From: Bacillota bacterium
GTDB taxonomy: Bacteria > Bacillota > Clostridia > Clostridiales > Clostridiaceae
Reading direction: 5' to 3'
DNA: 33,498 nucleotides
Assembly: GCA_023440105.1 (NCBI GenBank)
Contig: JAEXSY010000067.1
Span: 1-33,498, forward strand
This document shows, in pieces, positions 18,513-27,503 of this stretch. Both the position numbers and the translations under genes were made by a program. Each line of letters begins with the position of its first letter. Positions within the stretch are counted from its first letter, which is position 1. Below the pieces are notes generated by a model that ran no database searches, was not told the origin of the DNA, and saw only the letters and a program-made list of their open reading frames with translations.

Positions 18513-19427
18513 TTACTTCTCTCTCTGTAGCTTTAGATATAAAAACATAAAAACAGATAATATGGCAACCCATATTGTTCCTATAGCAGAAGCTCTGCCT
18601 AAGTCCCAATTTTGGAAGGCGGTCTTATATACTTCAACAGATAATGTTGTTGTGGATACTCCCGGTCCTCCAGAAGTCATAACCCATATAATATCAAAAT
18701 GCTGTAATCCTGCTATAATACCTAAAAGCAAAATAAAGAATATGATATTTTTCATAGATGGTAGTACTATCTTTGTAAAAACCTTAAAGTTACTAGCACC
18801 ATCTATTCTAGCTGCTTCAACAATATCATAAGATATACCTTTTAATCCTCCAATAATTAGAGCCATAAACCAGGGCATATACTGCCAAGTTCTTGCTATT
18901 ATAACTGCCAACATTGAGAACTTAGGATCAGCTAGCCATGTAATATTTTCTTGAATTAAGCCTAAACTTCTCAATATATAATTTAAAACTCCAAATTGTC
19001 CATGAAATATCCACATCCATAAGAAGCCAATAGCAGTTCCAGGTATTATCCAGTTAACAAGAGTAATACCACGAAGAATTTCTGACCCTTTAAAGCCTTG
19101 GTTTAATATAATCGCCCATATAAACCCTAATATAAAGGATAGTAAGGTTGTTCCAAAAACGAAGGTAAAGGTATTTAGCAGTATTTTAGTGAAATTAGGA
19201 TCGGAAATAATATTTTTGAAATTATCTAATCCTATAAAGCTTTTTTCAGTAGTTAGCATTCCTGCCTTAAATAAGCTATGTGATACTGATGATAAAAAAG
19301 GATATAGAACTATTAGAGAAAAAACTATCAAAGCAGGAAGTATAAGTAGAAATCCAAACTGACTATCTGTTAGCCTATTCTTTTTTATATCATCAGGTTT
19401 ACTATTCAAAGACAAATTTGATTGCAT
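18513..19427 (-). CDS. Carbohydrate ABC transporter permease (MalF-like)
   Basis: FIGLDNF, EAARIDGAS, MTSGGPG. Confidence 0.94.
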   Translation of the reverse strand: MQSNLSLNSKPDDIKKNRLTDSQFGFLLILPALIVFSLIVLYPFLSSVSHSLFKAGMLTTEKSFIGLDNFKNIISDPNFTKILLNTFTFVFGTTLLSFILGFIWAIILNQGFKGSEILRGITLVNWIIPGTAIGFLWMWIFHGQFGVLNYILRSLGLIQENITWLADPKFSMLAVIIARTWQYMPWFMALIIGGLKGISYDIVEAARIDGASNFKVFTKIVLPSMKNIIFFILLLGIIAGLQHFDIIWVMTSGGPGVSTTTLSVEVYKTAFQNWDLGRASAIGTIWVAILSVFMFLYLKLQREK

Positions 19428-19439
19428 CTATTGTCCTCC

Positions 19440-20729
19440 TTAGTTTATGCTTTGCTCAAACCTACTTTGTGCATCCTCCAAGGCCTTCTTAGGAGTTTTG
19501 GTTCCAAGTAAAGTATTTTGAATTTCTTCAGTTATAATAGTGGCTAACTGACTGTCATTTTCATATTTCTGTGTTTCAGCCTTTTTACCGGTTTCCGTTA
19601 TCTTAAGCCATTCGCTTGACCACTTATCATTTTTAACTTGATCACTGTTTATGGCTGAATTCATCACTGGAACAGAGCCTGATGCCTCAAAGTACTTAAG
19701 TGAGGTGTCTTCACTTATTAAATATTTTATAAATTCTCCAGCCTTGTCCTTATCCTTAGCACTCTTAAATATAACTAACTGGTGCCCCCAAAGAGTAGAT
19801 TGAGGCTTGTCTCCTTTATTTAAAACAGGTCTTGACATTGGCTTTATTGTCTCATCGAGCTTATCTTCAGCAACGCCATTACTCTTAGCTATACCTCTTG
19901 CTAGTATTGCGTCATCATAAAATGCAACCTTATTTTGAGCAAACAACTGTCTTGCATCAAATCTTGTTAAATCCATTGCTATATATCCTTTATCTTTTAA
20001 GCCCTTATACCAAGTTAAAGCTTCTTCATTTGCCTCACTATCAATTACAATCTTACCAGAATCATCTATATATTGACCTCCAAAAGTCCAAAACCATGCA
20101 TTCATGTCCTTTGCTATACTTCCTGCTTCTTTTGTTGCTGCTGCATAAGGAATTATATCTTTATCATATTCTTTAATTTTTTTAAGTGCTTCCTCAAATT
20201 CCTCTATAGTTTCAGGAACCTTATCAACGCCTGCATTTTTTAATATAGTAGGATTGTAAACCATACCTATAGATGCCTGTGTCCAAGGAATTGCAAGCTG
20301 CTTTCCATCGATATTTCCAGAACCTAAAGATGCTTCTGGTATGTTTTCCTTCATCCAGTCTTCTCCCAACACCTCATTTAAATCCACCAGTACATCCATC
20401 TTTGCTAAAGTAGCAAGCCAAGCCATATCTACCTGCGCTACATCAAGATCCTGATTCCCCTGGGTTCTTATAATAAGCTGCTGCAAAGTATTAGCCCATG
20501 GCCAACCAACCCAAGAAATTTGAGCATCCTCAGCAGAAGTATTATAGGTGTCAATCATATCTTTTATTGTTGCTTTATTGGCTTCTTCTTCTCCAGACCA
20601 ACCTGCCCACACTAAACTAGTCTTTCCCTCTGGTTCATTGCTACTTTCATTTGTTTTACTGGAGCATCCAACTCCAGCAATTAAACTGAGTAATAAAAGG
20701 CCTGAAACTAAAACTTTGATTTTCCTCAT
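19440..20729 (-). CDS. Carbohydrate ABC solute-binding lipoprotein
   Basis: Signal peptide with lipobox-like GVGC; GKQLAIPW, MVYNPTILKNAGV...PETIEEF. Likely start is ATG 20729 after GGAGG. Confidence 0.93.
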   Translation of the reverse strand: MRKIKVLVSGLLLLSLIAGVGCSSKTNESSNEPEGKTSLVWAGWSGEEEANKATIKDMIDTYNTSAEDAQISWVGWPWANTLQQLIIRTQGNQDLDVAQVDMAWLATLAKMDVLVDLNEVLGEDWMKENIPEASLGSGNIDGKQLAIPWTQASIGMVYNPTILKNAGVDKVPETIEEFEEALKKIKEYDKDIIPYAAATKEAGSIAKDMNAWFWTFGGQYIDDSGKIVIDSEANEEALTWYKGLKDKGYIAMDLTRFDARQLFAQNKVAFYDDAILARGIAKSNGVAEDKLDETIKPMSRPVLNKGDKPQSTLWGHQLVIFKSAKDKDKAGEFIKYLISEDTSLKYFEASGSVPVMNSAINSDQVKNDKWSSEWLKITETGKKAETQKYENDSQLATIITEEIQNTLLGTKTPKKALEDAQSRFEQSIN

Positions 20730-20783
20730 TTTATCCCTCCACAAATTTTATATAACGTACATCTTAACTTCTTACTGAATACT

Positions 20784-20916
20784 ATTGTAAATGTTTTCTT
20801 AAGAGAGTTAAATGGTACCATTTTTCAAATTTAGTACTACAATTTTAGCCTAAAATATAAAATAGAATTTTATAGGCTAAAAAGTATACTATTTTATCCA
20901 TAAAGTCCTACTTTTT
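20784..20916 (-). promoter_or_regulatory. Candidate activator-dependent promoter with paired direct repeats
   Basis: TTTAAC-N17-TACAAT (20812-20784). Upstream lie four related 14-mers (20811-24, 20833-46, 20882-95, 20903-16) in two pairs spaced 21-22 bp. Confidence 0.45.
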
Positions 20917-20987
20917 AATCTTATAAGAAGGCAACTGAATACCTTAAAATCATATTAGATAATGATCACACTTACATAGAATAAAAT

Positions 20988-21025
20988 AAAAAAAAGCGCC
21001 AATACCTATAGAATTTAGCACCTTT
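20988..21025 (-). terminator. Terminator downstream of the GNAT pseudogene
   Basis: GGTGCTAA...TTGGCGCT stem (with G-U pairs) followed by a long T run on the minus strand. Confidence 0.6.
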
Positions 21026-21087
21026 TATTAATCCACTCATCTATGAGCCTTATAGTCTTTATTAACCCTATATCGAGAGTTCTTCTC

Positions 21088-21630
21088 TTAATACTTAAAA
21101 TCCTCCCAGAGTACAGAAGTAACTTGTCCACTCGTCTAATCCTTTTTTGTTATACCATAGCCAATGGCATCATATAACTTTCCAGCTTCACCTGTCCATA
21201 CTTTTCGATGATGTGCTTATTTAACAAAGCCACACTTATGAAATACGGATCTCATGACATAATTATCCTGTCTCGTGTAGCCTTCTAGCCTGTCCTTATC
21301 TGAGTAATTATTAAATAAATAATCAACCATCCAATTCACAATGCTTGTTCCAATTCGCATACCCTTGTACTTGCTCAAAATTCTTATATCAAACAATGGT
21401 GTACAATCTTCTAAATCAAAACCCCTTACCTGTCCCAATTTTATATCTTCATCTAAAATAACCCAAAAGGTTTTGCAGTCATCACTAGTATAAAAATGAT
21501 TCTCATAGCTTGCTCTAATACTTTCAGGTTTCGGATTCGGTGTTCTATGAAATCCCCAAGTATCTGATGTTAAAAATTCTATAAGAGCATCAATTTCATC
21601 TTTAAATTCTTGAAAATGTAATTTACTTAT
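21088..21630 (-). pseudogene. RimJ/RimL-type GNAT acetyltransferase pseudogene
   Basis: One 181-codon frame after an AAGGAG RBS starting at ATA; ...YKGMRIGT...EGYTRQDNYVMRSVFHKCGFVK*AHHRKVW...YDAIGYGITKKD*TSG...; internal TAA at 21217-19 and TAG at 21136-38. Confidence 0.88.
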
Positions 21631-21949
21631 TCTTTCGCTCCTTAAAATGAAAATCTAATAACGATTCCGTAACTTCGGTAAGTTTAATGTGTATATTTAT
21701 CCTCCATCAACATCCTGTCTATCTAACAGAAATAATTTATGTTCAGCTCAAATATCAACCTGATAACGCATACTATACCATAATTTACATTTCAAAATAT
21801 AATTTCTGATTAATTATTATGCTAAAGCTTATAAAAGAAAAAAATTCTTATTCATATGATAGCTTCACTGCTGTGCTTTCTATGGAACACTGTACAAGAA
21901 TTAAATGAGGCTTTCCATTATATCCCTGTGTATATATTCTTCATAATAA

Positions 21950-21958
21950 TGGTATAAT
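21950..21958 (+). promoter_or_regulatory. Extended -10 promoter of the putative toxin mRNA
   Basis: TG-G-TATAAT directly upstream of a structured leader. Confidence 0.65.
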
Positions 21959-22070
21959 TCTAAAGTATTATTTTGAAAATCCGTAGTGGATGGCTGCGGA
22001 GGTTTTGGACGTTTTATCCTCCTGGGGTATTGGTGAATTACTTCACTATAGCTAGGGGGTGGTATTGGAT

Positions 22071-22232
22071 ATGCTGGAATTAACTATAAAGAGTATAGTT
22101 ATTATTTATACTATAAAACTAGTTTTAAGTCATAACCTCTTTATTTCTAAGTTAATAATTAAGATTAAGTTTCTTGGTTTACATATAGAAATTAACGGCA
22201 AAGAGAAAAAGCACCCATCCGACAAAGAATAG
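22071..22232 (+). CDS. 53-aa small protein, putative type I toxin
   Basis: MLELTIKSIVIIYTIKLVLSHNLFISKLIIKIKFLGLHIEINGKEKKHPSDKE*; GGGGGTGG SD-like sequence inside a hairpin; has its own promoter and terminator plus a convergent antisense unit. Confidence 0.7.
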   Translation: MLELTIKSIVIIYTIKLVLSHNLFISKLIIKIKFLGLHIEINGKEKKHPSDKE

Positions 22233-22335
22233 TGCTTTAATCTCTAAAATTTAGCAATTAAATTTATCCAATAGCCCTAAAACAAAATAAATGTTCTAAG
22301 ACTTGGCTTAGTGTTACCGCACTAAGCTTTTCTTA
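22205..22335 (-). ncRNA. Putative antisense antitoxin RNA (about 130 nt)
   Basis: Minus-strand TG-A-TATAAT (22349-22341), 5' hairpin GCUUAGUG-CGGUAA-CACUAAGC, terminator AAAGCACUAUUC-uuuguc-GGAUGGGUGCUUUUU overlapping the last codons of the small ORF. Confidence 0.68.
22306..22334 (+). terminator. Terminator of the putative toxin mRNA
   Basis: GCTTAGTG-ttaccg-CACTAAGC-TTTTCTT. Confidence 0.8.
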
Positions 22336-22511
22336 TTTATATTATATCAAATTTCTATGAAAAATAAACATGGTAAATTGTAATAATAAAATCGTATCAT
22401 TTACTATAAGATTATTTCCTTCATATTGTATTCTTAAAGGTGGCATTTCCCAGCCATTACGAATAAACTAAAGAAATAATATTCACTTTTAATCAACAAC
22501 AACTTTTATTA

Positions 22512-24041
22512 TTATAGATTTAATTTATTTAATTCTTCAAACTCACTTTTAATTTTAGGATAAATACTCCTATAAACTTCGTATATACATGAATACATTT
22601 CTGCATTTTTATCATTAGATTCTGTAACACTTACTGTATGTATATATGCCCTGCATGCATCCTGTACTGAATTAAAAAGACCGCATCCTACTGCAGCTAA
22701 AATTGCTGCTCCAAATGATGCACCTTCATTGTTTTCCATTGTATTAACAGAACAACCATAATTATCCGCCATCATTTGTCGCCATAGCTTACTTTTCCCT
22801 CCACCTCCACAGGCTGCCATTGATTTTATTACTATATTTAAATCAGAAATAATTGAAAAGCAATCACGCAAAGAATAGGTTACTCCCTCCATTACTGCAC
22901 GCATCATATCATCTCTGGTATGTATGGCAGATAATCCAAAGAATACACCCCTGCAATATGGATCCAAATGAGGAGTCCTTTCACCCATGAGATACGGTAA
23001 AAATAATAACTTATTAGCCCCTATACTCTTTTTCTCAACTATTTTATCCATAATTTCATAGGCATCTTTATTTTCCTGTGCTGCTTTACTTTGTATATCA
23101 AGGCAAAATGTATCACGGAACCACTTTAGTGATAGCCCCGCTGCTTGAGTTACACCCATAACATGCCATTCCTTTGGCACTGCAGAGCAAAAGGTATGCA
23201 CTCTACCCTTGTGGTCATATATATATGAGCTGCTATGTGCATATACAACCCCTGAGGTGCCAATTGTGGTAAATGCCTTTCCATCCTCCACTGCACCTAC
23301 ACCTACTGCTGCTGCAGCGTTATCACCAGCCCCACCCACTACTATGGTTGAAACTGATAAACCTGTAATTTTTGCTGCAGATTCACTCACAGTGCCGGTA
23401 ACATCCGGAGATTCACAGAGACTTGGCAGCCATTTAAGAGGAATATTTAACTTATTTAAAATTTCCTCTGACCAACATCTATGCTCTATGTCCAGAAGCT
23501 GAGTACCTGATGCATCAGATACATCACTGTAATATAAACCTGTAAGCCTAAATCTAATATAGTCCTTAGGCAACAGTATATGATGACATCTTTTATAATT
23601 CTCCGGTTCATGATTTCGTACCCACAGAAGCTTAGATGCTGTAAAGCCTGTTGAAGCAGGGTTTGCCGTAATCTTAAACAATCTATCCTTTCCAACAGCT
23701 TCAGTAATCTCATCGCATTCTGAAGCACTTCTTTGATCACACCATATTATAGCATTACGTATCACCTTATTGTTTTCGTCCAGCATTACCAATCCATGCA
23801 TTTGGCCGGATAACCCAATGCCTGCAATAGCCTCAGCATCTATTTTTGATGTTTTCAGCACCTGAGAAATCGATAAAACAGTTGCACTCCACCATTCTTC
23901 AGGATTTTGCTCAGCCCAGCCATTTTGAGGTTGCAGCAGAGGATATTCATTTATAGCAGATGCCATTAGTTTACCCGTTTCGCTGAATATAGATGTCTTA
24001 ACACTAGATGTCCCAAGATCTATTCCCATTAAATATCTCAT
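22512..24041 (-). CDS. xylB: Xylulokinase (FGGY family)
   Basis: GIDLGTSSVK, GLSGQMHG, IIWCDQR, LLPKDYIRFRLTG, GAGDNAAAAVG, FLPYLMGERTPH. Likely start is ATG 24041. Confidence 0.92.
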   Translation of the reverse strand: MRYLMGIDLGTSSVKTSIFSETGKLMASAINEYPLLQPQNGWAEQNPEEWWSATVLSISQVLKTSKIDAEAIAGIGLSGQMHGLVMLDENNKVIRNAIIWCDQRSASECDEITEAVGKDRLFKITANPASTGFTASKLLWVRNHEPENYKRCHHILLPKDYIRFRLTGLYYSDVSDASGTQLLDIEHRCWSEEILNKLNIPLKWLPSLCESPDVTGTVSESAAKITGLSVSTIVVGGAGDNAAAAVGVGAVEDGKAFTTIGTSGVVYAHSSSYIYDHKGRVHTFCSAVPKEWHVMGVTQAAGLSLKWFRDTFCLDIQSKAAQENKDAYEIMDKIVEKKSIGANKLLFLPYLMGERTPHLDPYCRGVFFGLSAIHTRDDMMRAVMEGVTYSLRDCFSIISDLNIVIKSMAACGGGGKSKLWRQMMADNYGCSVNTMENNEGASFGAAILAAVGCGLFNSVQDACRAYIHTVSVTESNDKNAEMYSCIYEVYRSIYPKIKSEFEELNKLNL

Positions 24042-24042
24042 A

Positions 24043-25086
24043 TTATTTCCTCTCATATAATAATTCATTAATTTCTTTTTTACCGCTAAAGCCTTTAACA
24101 GTAATAACTACTTCCTTTTTCTCCAGAGGCTTGAGGTAACAAAGTTCACCATTATCCCTTGCTTTTTTTCTACCCAAAACATGACAGTTTCCAGGCTCTA
24201 AACCCAGAACATATTCTCCACTTCTCATACACTTCCACTGAGTAAACCATGGTAATGCCTGTGAAGGATATGATACTGATATACCCTTTTCTATCTCAGG
24301 ATTAATGAGATAATAGCTTGAGTTTCCATTCTCATTAGCCTGCAGCTTGTGAAAGAATACCTGCTCCTCTGCATCATCTTCTGGTTCCTCAATAATATTC
24401 CATCGATCTATGTGCTTTTTAGCCTGATCATCCCTAGCAGCTATCTCACAGGAAGGAAGATGGAGCTGGCAACTAGGGGATATAAAAGGATAACCATAAT
24501 TCATGTGATATAGCAACATAAATGGAACAGATACTAGCCCTCTATTTTCCACAGAATCAGAAATAACCAGTTCATTTTTTTCTCCGAAAAGAGTGATTTG
24601 CCGCTTTAAAACTATATGTTCTCCAAAAACCTCTGCCTGTTTTACACTTCCTGAGACTACGATTCTAGGTGTATCCTCATCCCATTCTACTCTAGAACTA
24701 ACCTCATCAGCAGGGATATTAGAAATCAATCCATGAAGTCCCAGCTCCTCCTCTCCATCCTTTCCTGCGGCACCCATATAGGTTAAACCGCAGGTGGTGA
24801 GGAAGCCTACATAAAAGCTTCTTAAAAATCCCTTAGAACCATTCTCCTGAAAATACTTAGAGCTGGTTAACCCTGTTTTTGATAGGAAGCTTATGTTTAC
24901 CCCACCTAAACTTAATGAAGCTATATCCATTCCACGGTCCGGGAGAACTAGGACTTGCATTCCTGCAGCGTTATAAAGCTGCACTGCACGCATTCCATTT
25001 GATTTTCCTCCCAAAAGCTGCATATCTCTAGCACCGAATAACTGATCAGTACATCCTACTCTTCTGTAAACTTCCATTTTATTCAT
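24043..25086 (-). CDS. Aldose 1-epimerase-like protein (DUF4432/DeoM-like)
   Basis: VLPDRGMDI, GFLTTCGL, GLHG, LYHMNYGYP, YVLGLEPG. Confidence 0.88.
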   Translation of the reverse strand: MNKMEVYRRVGCTDQLFGARDMQLLGGKSNGMRAVQLYNAAGMQVLVLPDRGMDIASLSLGGVNISFLSKTGLTSSKYFQENGSKGFLRSFYVGFLTTCGLTYMGAAGKDGEEELGLHGLISNIPADEVSSRVEWDEDTPRIVVSGSVKQAEVFGEHIVLKRQITLFGEKNELVISDSVENRGLVSVPFMLLYHMNYGYPFISPSCQLHLPSCEIAARDDQAKKHIDRWNIIEEPEDDAEEQVFFHKLQANENGNSSYYLINPEIEKGISVSYPSQALPWFTQWKCMRSGEYVLGLEPGNCHVLGRKKARDNGELCYLKPLEKKEVVITVKGFSGKKEINELLYERK

Positions 25087-25118
25087 AACCTCTACACCTT
25101 CCTAAGCAAAGAGAACTT

Positions 25119-25279
25119 TTAAAAGGCTTCCCCTACTAAATACTGTAAGTCTACTGGTAGTTTATTTAATACTCTTACTTCATTACCAAATTTGCCTGTT
25201 GTCTTTTCCATTGAGGTGCCTTTTGCAAAACATCACAAACTGTTTCCGCTTGTTTTTTTCATATTTCCTTGTTAAACAT
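25119..25279 (-). pseudogene. Possible relic of an internally deleted gene (start and end only)
   Basis: GAGGTG RBS and ATG give MFNKEI*KKQAETVCDVLQKA; a second frame gives ...TTGKFGNEVRVLNKLPVDLQYLVGEAF*. Confidence 0.35.
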
Positions 25280-25282
25280 ACA

Positions 25283-25849
<567 letters not shown>

Positions 25850-26044
25850 TTATACAGATTCAACCCAATTTAATATTAAATGACCATAAATCTCAATAGC
25901 TTTCAAAAACTTATCCACTGAAACACTTTCATCTGTAGTGTGGAGCTGAGAAAACTCCCCTAGCCCCTTCATTGCTGAATGGATTGGCTTACCCTTAACA
26001 GTAAATTCAGCAAGGAATGCTCATCTGTTGCATAGCTTCAGAAT
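25850..26044 (-). pseudogene. Relic of an M20-family (ArgE/DapE-like) metallo-amidohydrolase
   Basis: LKLCNR*AFLAEFTVKGKPIHSAMKGLG joined in frame to EFSQLHTTDESVSVDKFLKAIEIYGHLILNW: the start of the dimerisation domain fused to the C-terminal HxxDE motif, with TGA where the conserved Gly is expected. Confidence 0.75.
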
Positions 26045-26076
26045 ATTTATTTTGAAACAAGTTATAAATCTTTGAT

Positions 26077-26096
26077 AAATGGTATCGATACCATTT
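26077..26096. promoter_or_regulatory. LacI-type operator upstream of the catabolic genes
   Basis: Perfect 20-bp palindrome AAATGGTATCGATACCATTT with a central CG. Confidence 0.85.
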
Positions 26097-26134
26097 TGCT
26101 CAAAAATATTTTCTTGTTCAAAACGCTCAAGAAC

Positions 26135-27136
26135 TTACTTTTGTTTTGATGAATCTCTTATTTGTAATGTAACATCTAGTAATATCTCTTTTGGTTTTTT
26201 CCGTGATCCAGCAATTCGATTAAGAAGAGTTTTCATTGCCAAAGTCCCAATTTCATAGGTAGGTTGCTTTACCGCAGTAATTGATATTGGACAATATTCC
26301 ATCCACTCTAAATCATCAAATACCACTAACCCAATGTCCTTTGGATACTTTATATTCATTTCCTTCATTGCCTTTAGAACTCCGCTAAGGATTATATTGT
26401 TTCCTGCATATACTGCATCGCATATTCTCTCACTAAAAAGCTCCTTTGAGTTTTCATAGCTTGAATTTCCTAAAAAGTCTCCAATTTTTATCAATCTTTT
26501 ATCTATTTCAATATTACTTTCCTCTAATGCCTGATAGTATCCCATTAAACGTTCATGACCTGTTGTTGAATCAATTGAACCTGCTACTATCCCAATATGC
26601 TTATACCCCTGATCAATCAGGTGCTTTGTCAGATTATAGCTGCCCTGACGGTTAGATACAAGAATAGTATCATACCTTCCTTTTGCAACTGGTGGACGAC
26701 GGTCAACAAATACTATAGGTTTTCCTGCTGTAAAAGTATCATAATCACACTTTTCTCCTGTGCTAGCAATAATTAATCCATCAACACGCTTACTTATCAG
26801 CATATTTATATATTGAATTTCCTTCTCATAATTTTCATCGCTGTTACAAAGAATAATATTATAGTTTTCAGTATTAGCAATATCTTCGATACCCCTAACG
26901 ATAGCAGTAAAAAAGGGATTCATCACATTTGATACAATAACTCCAATAGTTTTAGTTTCATTGTTCCTTAATCCCCGTGCTAGCTCATTAGGTTGATATC
27001 CCAGCTCATTCATTACTTTTTTTACTTTTATATTTGTTTCTTCCTTTACTAAAGGACTATTATTTATAACCCTTGAAACAGTAGTACGAGATACACCAGC
27101 AACTCTTGCTACTTCATTTATATTTACACTTTTCAT
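26135..27136 (-). CDS. LacI-family transcriptional repressor
   Basis: NINEVARVAGVSRTTVSRVIN, ELGYQPNELARGLR, sugar-binding domain. Likely start is ATG 27136 after GGGGG. Confidence 0.95.
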   Translation of the reverse strand: MKSVNINEVARVAGVSRTTVSRVINNSPLVKEETNIKVKKVMNELGYQPNELARGLRNNETKTIGVIVSNVMNPFFTAIVRGIEDIANTENYNIILCNSDENYEKEIQYINMLISKRVDGLIIASTGEKCDYDTFTAGKPIVFVDRRPPVAKGRYDTILVSNRQGSYNLTKHLIDQGYKHIGIVAGSIDSTTGHERLMGYYQALEESNIEIDKRLIKIGDFLGNSSYENSKELFSERICDAVYAGNNIILSGVLKAMKEMNIKYPKDIGLVVFDDLEWMEYCPISITAVKQPTYEIGTLAMKTLLNRIAGSRKKPKEILLDVTLQIRDSSKQK

Positions 27137-27146
27137 ATAAACCCCC

Positions 27147-27206
27147 AAATGGTATCGATACCATCTTCTTATCTTCATTATATCGAGGTATTTTTACATT
27201 TGTCAA
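27147..27206 (-). promoter_or_regulatory. Promoter of the LacI gene with an autoregulatory operator
   Basis: TTGACA-N18-TATAAT (27206-27177); second operator copy ATGGTATCGATACCAT (27149-27164) between promoter and RBS. Confidence 0.85.
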
Positions 27207-27279
27207 CATAATATTCATACTTTTCTGAATGTTTTTAATTATTCTATTTACGAGGTTAATAAAGATTTTATGCTTAAAT

Positions 27280-27368
27280 AGAAAAAGCACCCATCCGACA
27301 AAGAATAGTGCTTTAATCTCTAAAATTTAGAAAATAAATGTTCTAAGACTTAGCTTAGTGTTAGCGCA
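27280..27368 (+). repeat. Decayed direct repeat of the toxin-antitoxin 3' region (22204-22321)
   Basis: 27280-27330 is identical to 22204-22254 (51 bp); 27331-27368 matches 22284-22321 (38 bp, 2 mismatches); the 29 bp between them are missing. Confidence 0.95.
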
Positions 27369-27382
27369 ATCTATATCATATG

Positions 27383-27502
27383 AATTAAACCTGCAGTGGT
27401 CCCAGATATTGATCCTCCAACTACAGAGCCAGCTCTGTGGACTAGCTTTAAGAGATTTGATACGATTGTTCTTCCTGCTAAAGCAGCACCAACTCCTATT
27501 GT
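27383..27502 (-). pseudogene. Fragment of a paralog of the GTPase-DUF697 gene
   Basis: TIGVGAALAGRTIVSNLLKLVHRAGSVVGGSISGTTAGLI aligns with residues encoded at about 28297-28415; no start codon. Confidence 0.88.
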
Positions 27503-27503
27503 A

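Noticed and set aside
20810..20824. AAATGGTACCATTTT as a third LacI operator
   Set aside because: Shares the outer arms but lacks the 6-bp centre with the CG, so half-site spacing is wrong.
21624..21706. GGAGG followed by ATA-CAC-ATT-AAA-CTT-ACC-GAA (possible start of another relic gene)
   Set aside because: Too short, no canonical start and no diagnostic motif.
22411..22480. Long imperfect inverted repeat downstream of xylB
   Set aside because: AT-rich with weak pairing and no clear U tract; not called as a terminator or ncRNA.
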